Positions 44,479 through 55,897 are shown, numbered from the stretch's first letter. The stretch: DNA of 64,000 nucleotides from Acidobacteriota bacterium (GCA_028749205.1 JAQULR010000001.1:62840-126839); one strand, 5' to 3'. Numbers and translations: made by a program. The notes: generated by a model from the sequence alone, not told the origin.

Positions 44479-45258
44479 ATGAGATTATTAAGGCATTTTA
44501 CCCTCGGATTCCTGATATTGATAAGTTTGATGTCCATCTGTTCTTCCGGTCAGGCCAAAGGTCCACAGGTAGAGTTTATGGAAACAGAGTGGGATTTTGG
44601 TCGGATCAAACAGGGAGAGGTGGTCAGGCATGAGTTTGTTTTCAGGAATATTGGGACTGCCCCTCTGGAAATCCGCCGGGTAACAACTTCCTGCGGTTGT
44701 GCTGCGGCTTTGGTCTCCGAGAAAAAAATAGCTCCGGGTCAGCAGGGAGCCCTTAAGGTTAGTTTTGATTCTAGGGGCTACTCGGGAAAAGTAATCAAAT
44801 ACATTTATTTTGAAAGCAATGATCAGAAAAATCCCCAGATTGGACTGGCCATCAAGGCTGAGGTTGAGGTTGGCCCGGGACCCAAAATTGAAATTGATCC
44901 TTTGAACCTCGACCTGGGAATTGCTCTTGAAGGAGAGGCGGCGGAGGCTAAGATAAAAATAAAAAACAGGGGAGAGCTGGAGCTGACTTTTGACATAGAT
45001 AATCCGGCCTTTGATTTTTTTGTCCAACAGAAAAAGATATCTCTTCCCTATAAAATTCCTGCGGGAAGAGAAATAGAGTTGACTGTAAAAATCCCAGCCA
45101 GGAAAGGACTGCCAGGCCTGCAAAGAGAATACCTGCTGGTTAAGAGCAATGACCCAAGCCGGCCTACCTTATCGGTTTTCATAAGCCGCTATATCGTTAC
45201 CCAAAAGGAACTTCGACAGCTATTTCAAAAATACAGATCAGTCCTGGAAATTAAGTGA
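44479..45258 (+). CDS. Secreted DUF1573-domain protein (two Ig-like repeats)
   Basis: Signal peptide, then WDFGRIKQGEVVRHEFVFRNIGTAPLEIRRVTTSCGC, the DUF1573 signature. A second related domain follows. Confidence 0.75.
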   Translation: MRLLRHFTLGFLILISLMSICSSGQAKGPQVEFMETEWDFGRIKQGEVVRHEFVFRNIGTAPLEIRRVTTSCGCAAALVSEKKIAPGQQGALKVSFDSRGYSGKVIKYIYFESNDQKNPQIGLAIKAEVEVGPGPKIEIDPLNLDLGIALEGEAAEAKIKIKNRGELELTFDIDNPAFDFFVQQKKISLPYKIPAGREIELTVKIPARKGLPGLQREYLLVKSNDPSRPTLSVFISRYIVTQKELRQLFQKYRSVLEIK

Positions 45259-45316
45259 CCGTTGGCTGGCCAGGAAAAAGGTAACTAAAAAATAGCCCGA
45301 GGGTGGCAGGATACCA

Positions 45317-45556
45317 GTGCCCAAAAAGATTCTGGTGGTAAGGGTTCAGCCGAAATCATCAAGGCAGGAACTAATTCCGATTTCCGAGACTGAATTTAAA
45401 GCCAGGTTAACCTCAGCCCCTGAAAAAGGCCAGGCCAATAAGGAATTGCTGGAGCTTATGGCGGACTATCTTAATCTTAAACCCTCCCGGTTGAAAATCA
45501 TCCGAGGGGGAACCTCCCGGGTTAAAATGATTGAGATTATTGAGATTGACAGATAA
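45317..45556 (+). CDS. DUF167/YggU-family protein
   Basis: 79 aa with the pattern ..V.PKSSR..I......F.ARLTSAPEKGQANKELLELMADYL...PSRLKIIRGGTSR.K. Confidence 0.75.
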   Translation: MPKKILVVRVQPKSSRQELIPISETEFKARLTSAPEKGQANKELLELMADYLNLKPSRLKIIRGGTSRVKMIEIIEIDR

Positions 45557-45740
45557 AAATTTCAGCCTCTGAATAGCTGGCTGGTCTTTCCTCTCAAACT
45601 ACTTGTTTTCTTTGTCAGCTAAAGGAACCGTGGCTCGAATGAGAAGAAATCTGTTGACAGGCGTCTCTTCAATTAAGAAATGATTGTAAGAATTAAGGTA
45701 GGATGTGGTAAAATTAAAAAAAACAGCAAGGAAAGGAGTC

Positions 45741-46616
45741 ATGACTTATCAAATCAAAAACATCCTATGGGCGACTGATTTTTCTTATGAATCAACTACT
45801 GCTCTGGCTTATGCCAGCTATCTGTCCAATCATTATAAGGCTAAAATAACTGCTTTGCACGTGGTGCCCGATTTTGCCCCGGCCCTTTACGAAACCCGGG
45901 GGGTGGTGGTAGCAGAACTGATTGCCAAGCAGGAAAAAAGCCGGGAGAAAGCTTTTAAAAAGCTTCAGAAGCTGTCGGAGCAAAAAGGGATTAAGTTCGC
46001 TAAGATAATCGTTGAGACAGGTAGTGCCGGTGCCAAAATCCCTGAAGTGGCGGAAAAAGAAAAATGCCAGCTAATTGCCATCGGCCGGAAGGGCATGTCA
46101 GCCCTGGAAAAGATTTTTATTGGAAGTGTAGCTAACCAGGTATTGAGGCGATCCAAGGTACCAGTCTTGGTTAGTCCTAGAAGACGGGGTACTCCGAAAG
46201 TTGAAAATATTCTAGTGCCGACCGATTTTTCTGAAGCTGAAGAGAGGGAAAGGAATTATGCCTGGATGCTGGCCTCTACTCTAAAAGCCAATCTGACCAT
46301 GCTATATATTCTGGAACTCTATGATTTCAAATTTTCACCGGCTGAGGTAAAGAAAATGATGGATGAGGCCTTAAAAAAGTTGAAGAGCAGCAAGAAGAAA
46401 AAGGGAAATTTTGAAATCAATGAAGCAGTGGTTCGTGATCTTAATGCTCCAGCTGGTATTGTTACCTATGCGGCTAAACATCAATTTGACCTGATCGTCA
46501 TGTCCACCTGTGTCTCACCTTTAGAAAGGTTCTTTTTAGGCAGCACTACGGAAAAGGTAATAGCCTATTCGACTGTACCTGTTCTGGCGCTTCCTGCCGC
46601 CTACTGTAAACGGTGA
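45741..46616 (+). CDS. Tandem universal stress protein (UspA family)
   Basis: Two Usp domains (ILWATDFS...GRKG.SALEKIFIGSVANQVLRRSKVPVLV and ILVPTDFS...LGSTTEKVIAYSTVPVLALP). ATG at 45741 follows AAGGAAAGGAG. Confidence 0.8.
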   Translation: MTYQIKNILWATDFSYESTTALAYASYLSNHYKAKITALHVVPDFAPALYETRGVVVAELIAKQEKSREKAFKKLQKLSEQKGIKFAKIIVETGSAGAKIPEVAEKEKCQLIAIGRKGMSALEKIFIGSVANQVLRRSKVPVLVSPRRRGTPKVENILVPTDFSEAEERERNYAWMLASTLKANLTMLYILELYDFKFSPAEVKKMMDEALKKLKSSKKKKGNFEINEAVVRDLNAPAGIVTYAAKHQFDLIVMSTCVSPLERFFLGSTTEKVIAYSTVPVLALPAAYCKR

Positions 46617-47719
46617 AGGCTCGAAGACGACAGCTTTTCTGGTTGGCGCTTAATAATTTAGTTAGCGCCGGGCTACTATCGGCCAAAAGGGCTCTAAGCC
46701 TGTTTGATTCTGAAGATAGATTGTTTTCTCCGGAAGACGATTGGCTGAATTTTTATAAGATTGGTTCAGCGGCTAAAGAGAAACTGATCTCAGGAGAACT
46801 GCTGGACTTTGCCAGGGGGGAACTTGAGAAGCTAGCGGAAAAAGAGTATACTCTCATAACCTTTGAGGAAGCCAGGTATCCCCAGCTTCTACGAGAAATC
46901 GTTGAACCCCCGCTGGTGCTTTATTGTTATGGCCAGCCTGAAGTCCTTAGCTGGGCCTCAGTGGCGGTCGTTGGCTCAAGAAGGCCAACTCCCTACGGCC
47001 GGGTCCTGGCGGGAAAATTCTCTGAGGAGCTGGCAGCCGCCGGCTTAGTAGTAATAAGTGGTTTAGCCCGAGGGGTGGATACCCTGGCTCACCGAGGAGC
47101 TTTACGTAGTGGCCGGACAGTAGCTGTTCTGGGCTCGGGCCTGGAGCAAATTTATCCTAAGGAAAATAGAATGCTGGTAGAAAGAATAGCTGAGAAAGGA
47201 GCAGTTATCAGCGAATTTCCCCTGAGCTCTGAGCCATTGGCCTTTCATTTTCCTTTACGAAACCGGGTCATTAGTGGACTGTCCTTAGCCTGTTTGGTAG
47301 TTGAAGGCAGCCTTAGGTCTGGAGCTTTAATCACTGCCAGGTTAGCCAATGACCAAGGCCGAGAGGTCCTGGCGGTTCCCGGGCCAGTTGATTCTGAACT
47401 CAGCCGAGGCCCTAATTATTTGATTAAACAGGGAGCTAAACTGGCAGAATCGGTTGAGGATGTCTTACTGGAGTTGCCTGAACCCTGGAAAGAAGCAGCT
47501 CTATGTCGGCTGGCCAATAAGAAAAATATCAGTCCGGAACTCCAAGGCCGTGAAAAGCAAGTTTATGAAGCCCTACCAGAAAACTCTGTTATTCACATAG
47601 ATGATTTATCTGATAAAATTCAAATAGCAGTAGCCGAGCTCTTGACGATTCTTCTTAGTTTGGAAATGAAAGAATTGGTCGTTCAAGAAGCCGGGAAATT
47701 TTTCCGCAGGAGAACTTGA
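46613..47719 (+). CDS. dprA: DNA-processing protein DprA (Smf)
   Basis: Motifs VAVVGSRRPTPYG, ISGLARGVDTLAHRGAL and AVLGSGLEQIYPKEN. The GTG start overlaps the usp stop. Confidence 0.88.
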   Translation: MKARRRQLFWLALNNLVSAGLLSAKRALSLFDSEDRLFSPEDDWLNFYKIGSAAKEKLISGELLDFARGELEKLAEKEYTLITFEEARYPQLLREIVEPPLVLYCYGQPEVLSWASVAVVGSRRPTPYGRVLAGKFSEELAAAGLVVISGLARGVDTLAHRGALRSGRTVAVLGSGLEQIYPKENRMLVERIAEKGAVISEFPLSSEPLAFHFPLRNRVISGLSLACLVVEGSLRSGALITARLANDQGREVLAVPGPVDSELSRGPNYLIKQGAKLAESVEDVLLELPEPWKEAALCRLANKKNISPELQGREKQVYEALPENSVIHIDDLSDKIQIAVAELLTILLSLEMKELVVQEAGKFFRRRT

Positions 47720-50095
47720 GTGGGGAAAGCCCTGGTCATTGTGGAATCGCCAGCCAAAGCTAAAACCGTCAACCGCTATCTCGGCGAGGATTATCTGGTT
47801 AAAGCCTCGATGGGCCATGTTCGTGATCTGCCCAAGAACAAGCTGGGGGTAGATATAAAGAATAATTTTCAGACTACCTATCAGGTGATTCCGGAGCGAA
47901 AACCCATAGTGGCTGAAATCAGAAAACTGGCCAAAAAAGCTGAGAAGGTAATACTGGCGGCCGACCCTGATCGAGAGGGAGAAGCTATTTCCTGGCACCT
48001 CAGTCAGCTGGTGGCACAGGAGAACCCCAACATTTACCGAGCGGTCTTTCATGAAATTACCAACGAGGCCATTCAAGAAGCCTTTACCAAGCTCGGGCCT
48101 CTGGACCAGAACAAAATCAATGCTCAGCAGACCAGGAGGATACTCGATAGATTAGTTGGTTATCTTATAAGTCCGTTGCTCTGGAAAAAAGTTGGCCGAG
48201 GGCTGAGCGCTGGCCGAGTACAATCGGTGGCCTTGAGATTAATATGTGACCGGGAAAAGGAAATCAAGAATTTCAAACCGGAAGAATTCTGGACGATTAG
48301 CGCGGTTCTCAAGGCAGAAAATCCGCCAGAGTTCCGGGCAGTTTTGGCTAAGATCGATGGTAAAAAAGCCAGAGTAGAGAATGACAAGACGGCTTTAGGC
48401 ATTCTGGAGGATTGCCAGCGAGAGCGCTTTGTTCTGGATAAAATCCAGGTTAAAGCCAGGAAGAAAAATCCCCCGGCCCCCTATATCACCTCGACCTTGC
48501 AACAGGATGCTTACCGGTTGCTGCATTTCTCCGTAAAAAAATGTATGTCAGTAGCCCAAAGACTTTATGAAGGGCTGGAGCTTGGAGAGATAGGACCGGT
48601 TGGTTTGATAACTTATATGAGAACCGACTCGGTCAGGATTTCTGAGGAAGCCAGAGAGGCGGCCAGAGAATACTTGGCTAAGCACTTTGGACCCGAGTAT
48701 GTTCCAGCTAAACCTGTTCATCATAAATCCAGGAAAACAGCTCAAGAGGCTCACGAAGCAATTAGGCCAACACATTTAGACCTGCCCCCAGAAAAAGTAA
48801 AACCTTATCTTAAAAAAGACGAGTACGAACTTTACCGGATAATCTGGAACAGATTTCTGGCTTCCCAGATGAGCCCGGCTGAACTGGAAGAAACCCGGTT
48901 TGACATAAGAGTTGGCAGGTACGGTTTTGTGGCTAAGGGCGAAGTAATCAAATTCCCGGGATTTCTGGCTCTATATGAAAGGCAGAAGCTTAAACTTGAT
49001 AGCGCTTACAATAATGAAGATAAAGCCCAGAATGAAGAGCCAGTAGAGAGCGATGACAATCAGCTTCCTAAAGCCAGGGAAGGAGAAGAGCTAAAGGTTC
49101 TTGACCTTCAGCGGAAGCAGAATTTTACCCAGCCTCCGCCTCGCTATACAGAGGCCACCTTGGTCAAAGAATTAGAGGCCAGGGGTATCGGCCGCCCCAG
49201 CACTTATGCTCCCATCATTTCTACTCTGCAGGACCGTACTTATGTGACCAGGGAAGAAGGCCGGTTTAAACCTACCGAATTAGGAATGTTTGTTACCGAT
49301 TTTCTGGTGAAGAATTTTTCAGATCTTTTTGATTATCAATTTACAGCTAAGATGGAAGAGAAACTGGACCGCATCAGTGAAGGTGAAGCAGACTGGCTGG
49401 GGAGCCTGCGTCAATATTATGAGCTCCTGCAGCAATACTTAGAAAAGGGGCATGAGACTGAATCCATCAAGAAGAATGGGATTCCGCTTGAAGATAAATG
49501 TCCTCGCTGCCAGCGCCATTTAGTAATAAAAGATGGCCGCTATGGCCGGTTCAAAGCCTGTTCCGGTTATCCGGAATGCGATTACAGTGAACCACTGGTC
49601 AAAAAAGAAATCAAAACTCATCCGGGCCAATGTCCTCGGTGTGGTTCATTTCTGGTTTATCGGCGCGGAAAATACGGCACTTTTATCGCCTGCTCCAAGT
49701 ACCCTGACTGTAATTATATCCATAAGGAAACTGCTGATACTGGTGTAAGTTGCCCTTTAGGCTGCGGAGGAACCATTATCAAGAGAAAAACAAAAAAGGG
49801 AAAATATTTTTATGGCTGTAGCCATTACCCAAAGTGCCAATTTGCCAGCTGGGATGAGGTAGTTAGCCAGAACTGTCCCCAGTGTGGAGCGACTTTTCTG
49901 TTGAAAAAAGCTCCAGCCAGAGGCCGGGCCTACCTTTACTGCCGTAATTGTGACTATGTGAATTACCTGAGTGAAGAAAAAGCTGCCAGCCCTGAGCCAA
50001 CCAGAATTCCCGACCCAGAACAGGGTTCAGCTGGGAAGACCCTTGATGATCAGGTTCTGGATGAAAACAGCAGTAAAGATGAAAAAAGAGATTGA
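47720..50095 (+). CDS. topA: DNA topoisomerase I with four C-terminal zinc ribbons
   Basis: TOPRIM N-terminus (LVIVESPAKAKTV..GHVRDLP, DPDREGEAISWH), an active-site region (GLITYMRTDS), and four CxxC...C..C fingers. Confidence 0.96.
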   Translation: MGKALVIVESPAKAKTVNRYLGEDYLVKASMGHVRDLPKNKLGVDIKNNFQTTYQVIPERKPIVAEIRKLAKKAEKVILAADPDREGEAISWHLSQLVAQENPNIYRAVFHEITNEAIQEAFTKLGPLDQNKINAQQTRRILDRLVGYLISPLLWKKVGRGLSAGRVQSVALRLICDREKEIKNFKPEEFWTISAVLKAENPPEFRAVLAKIDGKKARVENDKTALGILEDCQRERFVLDKIQVKARKKNPPAPYITSTLQQDAYRLLHFSVKKCMSVAQRLYEGLELGEIGPVGLITYMRTDSVRISEEAREAAREYLAKHFGPEYVPAKPVHHKSRKTAQEAHEAIRPTHLDLPPEKVKPYLKKDEYELYRIIWNRFLASQMSPAELEETRFDIRVGRYGFVAKGEVIKFPGFLALYERQKLKLDSAYNNEDKAQNEEPVESDDNQLPKAREGEELKVLDLQRKQNFTQPPPRYTEATLVKELEARGIGRPSTYAPIISTLQDRTYVTREEGRFKPTELGMFVTDFLVKNFSDLFDYQFTAKMEEKLDRISEGEADWLGSLRQYYELLQQYLEKGHETESIKKNGIPLEDKCPRCQRHLVIKDGRYGRFKACSGYPECDYSEPLVKKEIKTHPGQCPRCGSFLVYRRGKYGTFIACSKYPDCNYIHKETADTGVSCPLGCGGTIIKRKTKKGKYFYGCSHYPKCQFASWDEVVSQNCPQCGATFLLKKAPARGRAYLYCRNCDYVNYLSEEKAASPEPTRIPDPEQGSAGKTLDDQVLDENSSKDEKRD

Positions 50096-50966
50096 AGAAT
50101 TCCTAAACTTTCTCCGCTATGAAAAAAATGCTTCAGAGCATACTATCTCCAGTTATCGTCGAGACTTGAATCAATTAGCAGACTATTTGAAGGAAAATAG
50201 ATTTAACTGGAGAACAGTTGATACCTTAGCCTTGCGAGGTTTTCTGGCTGAACTTCACGAACGTAATCTTAAAAAAAGCAGTGTTGTCCGGAAGTTGGCA
50301 GCTATCCGCTCCTTTTTTGAATTTGGGCTGAGGAAAAAATGGCGTCAGGATAATCCGGCCAGTGCCCTATCCACTCCACGGTTAGAACAGCCAATTCCTG
50401 GCTTTTTGACTGAGGAAGAAACGACTGAGTTCTTAGAGTGGTCAGTTAATCATAACAACCCTCTGGAAGTCAGAGACAGAGCCATTCTGGAGCTGTTATA
50501 TGCATCTGGTCTGAGGGTGTCTGAACTGACCTCTTTGGACCTCGAGGATTTGAGCCTTAAGGAAAGGCTGATCAGAGTCAAAGGTAAGGGCAAAAAAGAA
50601 AGGATCGTGCCGTTTGGCCGTCAGGCTGAAAAATGGCTCAAAGATTATTTGAGTATGAGAACCCGGATCAAGACCAATCAAATTTCTGGCCCAGCACTTT
50701 TTGTAAATTGCCGTGGGGGGAGATTAACTGCCCGTTCTGTTCAGCGTCTGGTTCAGAGCCGCTTGAAGCAGATCGCGGTTTTAAGAAAAATCAGCCCACA
50801 TTCTCTCCGGCACTCTTTCGCCTCTCACCTTCTAAGCCGGGGAGCGGACCTCCGGGTTATTCAGGAACTGCTGGGACATAAGAGTCTGGCCACTACCCAG
50901 AAGTATACTCATCTGGACCTCAACCGATTAATCGAAGTATATCGGAAATCTCATCCGCGATCCTGA
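50079..50966 (+). CDS. xerC: Tyrosine recombinase XerC/XerD
   Basis: N-terminus FLNFLRYEKNASEHTISSYRRDL and the catalytic region ..SPHSLRHSFASHLL..GADLRVIQELLGHKSLATTQKYTH. I trimmed the start from the track's 49971, which overlaps topA by 125 nt. Confidence 0.88.
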   Translation: MKKEIEEFLNFLRYEKNASEHTISSYRRDLNQLADYLKENRFNWRTVDTLALRGFLAELHERNLKKSSVVRKLAAIRSFFEFGLRKKWRQDNPASALSTPRLEQPIPGFLTEEETTEFLEWSVNHNNPLEVRDRAILELLYASGLRVSELTSLDLEDLSLKERLIRVKGKGKKERIVPFGRQAEKWLKDYLSMRTRIKTNQISGPALFVNCRGGRLTARSVQRLVQSRLKQIAVLRKISPHSLRHSFASHLLSRGADLRVIQELLGHKSLATTQKYTHLDLNRLIEVYRKSHPRS

Positions 50967-51014
50967 AGCCCGCCGGCTAATCCCAGAGATTATGCCAGGC
51001 TTTAGGAGAAAGAA

Positions 51015-51045
51015 GCGAGAGTGAACCTGGTTTATTCACTCCCGC
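51015..51045. terminator. Hairpin between the convergent xerC and comEA genes (GCG-A-GAGTGAA ... TTCACTC-C-CGC)
   Basis: A 7-bp core stem extendable by 3 bp, with a 9-nt loop. There is no clear U-tract, so terminator function is tentative. Confidence 0.35.
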
Positions 51046-51056
51046 CCTTTCCGCGC

Positions 51057-51365
51057 TTACTTTGTTTCTCCGACAGTGATTAAATCTTTAATCTGGTCAA
51101 AGACTTTTTCACCGATGCCCCTAACTTTCATGATATCTTCCACCTTCTTAAATGGTCCGTTCTGGGTTCGGTAATCAACAATTCTCTCGGCTACTTTGGG
51201 TCCTATTCGTGGCAGATTCTGCAACTCGGTCACTGAGGCCGTGTTGATGTTGATTTTACCGGAAGTGGCCTTAGATTGGTTCTGGGCATAGATTGGGCTG
51301 ACGGCAGCCAAACAAATCAGGGCCGTCAGAGTCAAAGCCAGAAATTTTTGAAAATAACTGTTCAT
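51057..51365 (-). CDS. comEA: ComEA-like helix-hairpin-helix DNA-binding protein
   Basis: Signal peptide, then ININTASVTELQNLPRIGPKVAERIVDYRTQNGPFKKVEDIMKVRGIGEKVFDQIK. Confidence 0.8.
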   Translation of the reverse strand: MNSYFQKFLALTLTALICLAAVSPIYAQNQSKATSGKININTASVTELQNLPRIGPKVAERIVDYRTQNGPFKKVEDIMKVRGIGEKVFDQIKDLITVGETK

Positions 51366-51563
51366 TTGAAAACCTCCTTTCAGCTTCTATAAGAGCCAGG
51401 ATTATGCCAGAACCATTGTCCAGGACTAAGTTATTGATAACCAAATAATAAAAGATTCCGACGAGCCAGAAAGATGTCAAGGCTGCTTGACAATTGACTG
51501 ATTTAGTAAAGGAAACTTTACCTGTGTAATTCCAAACAGTCGGGGTGATTTGGGGACAAAGTA

Positions 51564-52175
51564 TTATTGATTCTTTTTGTAATTAGAGAATAAAAACTTT
51601 TTAAGTTTTCTCAAGGCTCTGGCCCGGTGGCTAACTTTATTTTTCTCAGAAGTTTTGAGCTGGGCAAAAGTTTTCATGGCCGGTGGGTAATAAAAAACCG
51701 GGTCATAGCCAAAGCCATTTTCTCCTCTTGGTTCCTCAAGAATTATTCCCCTCACCCGGCCTCTAAAAGTTTTGAGGATTTTTCCCTTACTAGCCAGGCT
51801 AACCACACAGACAAACTGGGCCTTTCTTTTTTCTAAGGGGACTCCTTTAAGACACCGAAGTAGTTTTTTTATATTTTCTTCATCAGTAGCTCCGGGGCCA
51901 GCAAAGCGAGCCGAGTAGATACCTGGTTGGCCGCCAAGACAATCAACTTCCAACCCGGAATCTTCAGCCAGAACCAGTCCAGAATAGTTTTGACCATAGA
52001 ACCAGCTCTTGGCCCGGCTGTTTTCTTCAAAACTCTGACCAGTTTCTGGACAGGTTCCCAGTTCAGGATAATCAGCCAGGCTCTCAATTTTCAGATTCAG
52101 TCCCTCCAAAAGCCGTTTTATTTCTCTTATCTTACCTTGGTTGGTTGTGGCTAAAAGAAGCTTGCTCTCAGTCAA
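51564..52175 (-). CDS. rdgB: dITP/XTP pyrophosphatase (RdgB/HAM1 family)
   Basis: Motifs LATTNQGKIREI, EDSGLEVDCLGGQPGIYSAR, GFGYDPVF and SHRARAL. Confidence 0.9.
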   Translation of the reverse strand: MTESKLLLATTNQGKIREIKRLLEGLNLKIESLADYPELGTCPETGQSFEENSRAKSWFYGQNYSGLVLAEDSGLEVDCLGGQPGIYSARFAGPGATDEENIKKLLRCLKGVPLEKRKAQFVCVVSLASKGKILKTFRGRVRGIILEEPRGENGFGYDPVFYYPPAMKTFAQLKTSEKNKVSHRARALRKLKKFLFSNYKKNQ

Positions 52176-52815
52176 CCCGGAATTCCTCCAATTGGCCGAG
52201 ATTCATTAAACTATCAGTGAAGTCCTCCTCTTTTTGTTCTTCTCCCGTGGCTGAAAAATTGATGAGCAGACACTCGCCTTCCCTTTTTACACTCAACCGT
52301 TCCAGCTTAACTCCATGATGGAAACTGAGTTTACGCAGCTTTGACAGCACCTCCTGAGAATCTTTCAATTTCAGATGATAATGGAAAATATTTTTTTTAA
52401 GATAAAGGTCTTCGATTCTTCGGAAAATCACTAAGGTGGCTATTATCAGAGCGGCTAAAATCAAGGCTGGGGCATAAAAGCCTGCTCCGATGACTAAGCC
52501 CAGGCCGGCTACCAACCAGATCGTGGTGGCCGTAGTCAAACCGATAACTATTCCCCTGGCATGGATGATAGTTCCGGCGCCGAGAAAACCGATCCCGGTA
52601 ACCACCCCGGCCGCCATTCTTACCATGGTTTCTGAAGAGTTGGCCGAGCCCTGACTCAAGCCAACGGCCAGGCTCATCATCATAGCCGAGCCAACACAAA
52701 CCAGGATGTTAGTCCGAAAACCGGCTGGCTTCTGACTGGATTCTCTTTCTATTCCGATAAGTCCACCCAAAGCCACAGCCAGGACCAATTGCAATATTAA
52801 TTCCAATATGCCCAT
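52168..52815 (-). CDS. mgtC: MgtC/SapB family membrane protein
   Basis: Motifs GGLIGIERE...AGFRTNILVCVGSA and GIGFLGAGTI. Confidence 0.85.
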   Translation of the reverse strand: MGILELILQLVLAVALGGLIGIERESSQKPAGFRTNILVCVGSAMMMSLAVGLSQGSANSSETMVRMAAGVVTGIGFLGAGTIIHARGIVIGLTTATTIWLVAGLGLVIGAGFYAPALILAALIIATLVIFRRIEDLYLKKNIFHYHLKLKDSQEVLSKLRKLSFHHGVKLERLSVKREGECLLINFSATGEEQKEEDFTDSLMNLGQLEEFRVD

Positions 52816-52928
52816 TCCAGTATACCTTTTGTCTTAAATTTAGAGGTGGCTTCAATTGTAATAAAATTTTGTCTGAAATAGAAGAGCAATCTTGGCCTGG
52901 TTTAGATTTGCTTAGGATACTGTGATAA

Positions 52929-54248
<1,320 letters not shown>

Positions 54249-54498
54249 ATGCTTCTTGCCGTTAGGTAACTACCTGGTTTTAGAACCTTTTTGGTAGCAA
54301 GTTTTACTCCAATATTTGCTGAATCTGATGGCCGGCAGTTCAGTCAGACAAGAGTATGTATACATATAAGATTCTCAACCAAAACAAAGGAACAAAATTT
54401 CTGATGACTATTCTGATTTTCTCTGTTGCCTACCTGAATTTCTTTGTATAATCTACTTTCAGGATGGTAATCCGAGTTTATTATAAAGAGAAGAAAAA

Positions 54499-55683
54499 AT
54501 GAAAAATGTTTCTATCATTCTACTCATCGCCATCTTGGCTCTTAGCTGGCTGGCTTTAGACCTCGAAGCTCAAGAGCCAAGATTCCGGATCAGAGTAGTT
54601 ACTGAGCAAGCCAACATTCGGGTAAAGCCGGATATTGGTAGTGAAATGATTTTTCAGGTTCCTCAAGGGACTGAGCTGGAAGCAGAAAAGAAAGAAGGTG
54701 AATGGTATCTGGTAAACTTTGATAAACCAGATGGATCAAAGGGCCGCGGCTATGTTCATGAGAGCTTGGTGGAGGTGCTGTCGATTGTGGAGACCAGAAC
54801 CAAAAGACAGGCTGCCGCTGAACAAGCCAAACCGATTACTAAGGAAACTGAAACTGAAAAAAAGACCAGGGCAGAGACTCAGATTGTCCGCCCAGAAATA
54901 ATAAAATCCAAGCCCGGGCCCAATTTCATGGTGACTGTTTCTGCAGGGGGGATTTATCTCACACCGGCTGATTTGAATCAATCAGCCAAAGGAGTGGCCA
55001 ACTACTTTCTCTATTCTCTGCATTCTAATGAGGATTTTACCGGCAAGTCGCTCCATTTGGCCTGGGGTTACAGTCTGGACTTTTTTTATCCCTTAAGCCG
55101 GAATTTTTTTATTGGCCTGGGCTTTGATTACTGGAAAGGATCAAAAGAAACTCTGACGAGAACAGGATCCACTGAGGCAGCCTATAGCATTATTACTAGG
55201 CCTGAAGTGAAGGATCTGCCCCTTAGGATTTCTTTGCTCTTCCATCCCATAGATTTCTTATATATCAGAGCCGGCTTAGAAGTTCACCTGGCCAAAGCTA
55301 ACTACTTTTACCGCGTGGAGGAAGATGCCAGCTGGATGGAATGGAAGGGGCGAACCGACGGTCTGAGTTTAGGGTGGGTAGAAGCGGTCGGTCTTAAATG
55401 GTCGGTCTTCTCTTGGTGTCAGGTCTTTTTGGAGGGATCATATCGTTATGCCAGAGTTAAAAATTTTGACGGAAAAAACATCTATCGTGATTCAACTGGC
55501 CTGGAACAGATCGAGGAGGGTAAATTATATTACTGGGAAGTTGAGACCCCAATGGGCAATTCCTTTCCAGCTCTTTTCGTTAGAGATAGAAAGCCAACTG
55601 AACCCGGAGTCATAGATCCAAGACAAGCTGATATTAATTATTCAGGCTTCAGTCTACGAGCTGGCCTGCGTTTTGTTTTTTAG
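54499..55683 (+). CDS. Putative outer-membrane beta-barrel protein with an N-terminal SH3b domain
   Basis: Signal peptide, then an SH3b-like segment (ANIRVKPDIGSEMIFQVPQGTELEAEKKEGEWYLVNF) and a Lys/Glu/Thr-rich linker. About 250 aa of alternating beta pattern follow, ending SLRAGLRFVF. Confidence 0.6.
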   Translation: MKNVSIILLIAILALSWLALDLEAQEPRFRIRVVTEQANIRVKPDIGSEMIFQVPQGTELEAEKKEGEWYLVNFDKPDGSKGRGYVHESLVEVLSIVETRTKRQAAAEQAKPITKETETEKKTRAETQIVRPEIIKSKPGPNFMVTVSAGGIYLTPADLNQSAKGVANYFLYSLHSNEDFTGKSLHLAWGYSLDFFYPLSRNFFIGLGFDYWKGSKETLTRTGSTEAAYSIITRPEVKDLPLRISLLFHPIDFLYIRAGLEVHLAKANYFYRVEEDASWMEWKGRTDGLSLGWVEAVGLKWSVFSWCQVFLEGSYRYARVKNFDGKNIYRDSTGLEQIEEGKLYYWEVETPMGNSFPALFVRDRKPTEPGVIDPRQADINYSGFSLRAGLRFVF

Positions 55684-55897
55684 TATTTTCTCTCGTTCAT
55701 CTCTGGAGAAGAGCCAAATTATAAAAAAGCCACAAAGATCAATAACCGCACCTTAAATGAGGTTATTCATGGGAAATTTCTATATATCAAAAAGCCTTCT
55801 TCCATTAAATGGTTGTTTGTGACCAGCATTTTTTCTTATAATTCTTTTTTTAGACCAAGGAAATTGTTGGCCAAAATTTTGACAATCGGAGGTCGGC

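Noticed and set aside
44488-45123. 211-aa reverse-strand ORF
   Set aside because: It lies fully inside the + strand DUF1573 gene, which has a signal peptide and the family signature. The antisense product has no features and is Ser/Phe/Leu-rich, typical of a shadow ORF.
47606-48076. 156-aa reverse-strand ORF spanning the dprA/topA junction
   Set aside because: It is antisense to two strongly supported genes and has no motifs.
49971-50078. N-terminal extension of xerC in the track ORF, overlapping topA by 125 nt
   Set aside because: The extension (MKKKLPALSQPEFPTQNRVQ...) is simply the topA 3' region read in another frame. The recombinase homology starts at ...EEFLNFLRYEKN, just after the ATG at 50079.
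50079-50966. Tyrosine recombinase as a marker of an integrated mobile element
   Set aside because: The dprA-topA-xerC context is housekeeping, and the motifs are XerC/D-type. There are no flanking phage or transposon genes, no adjacent tRNA target and no direct repeats.
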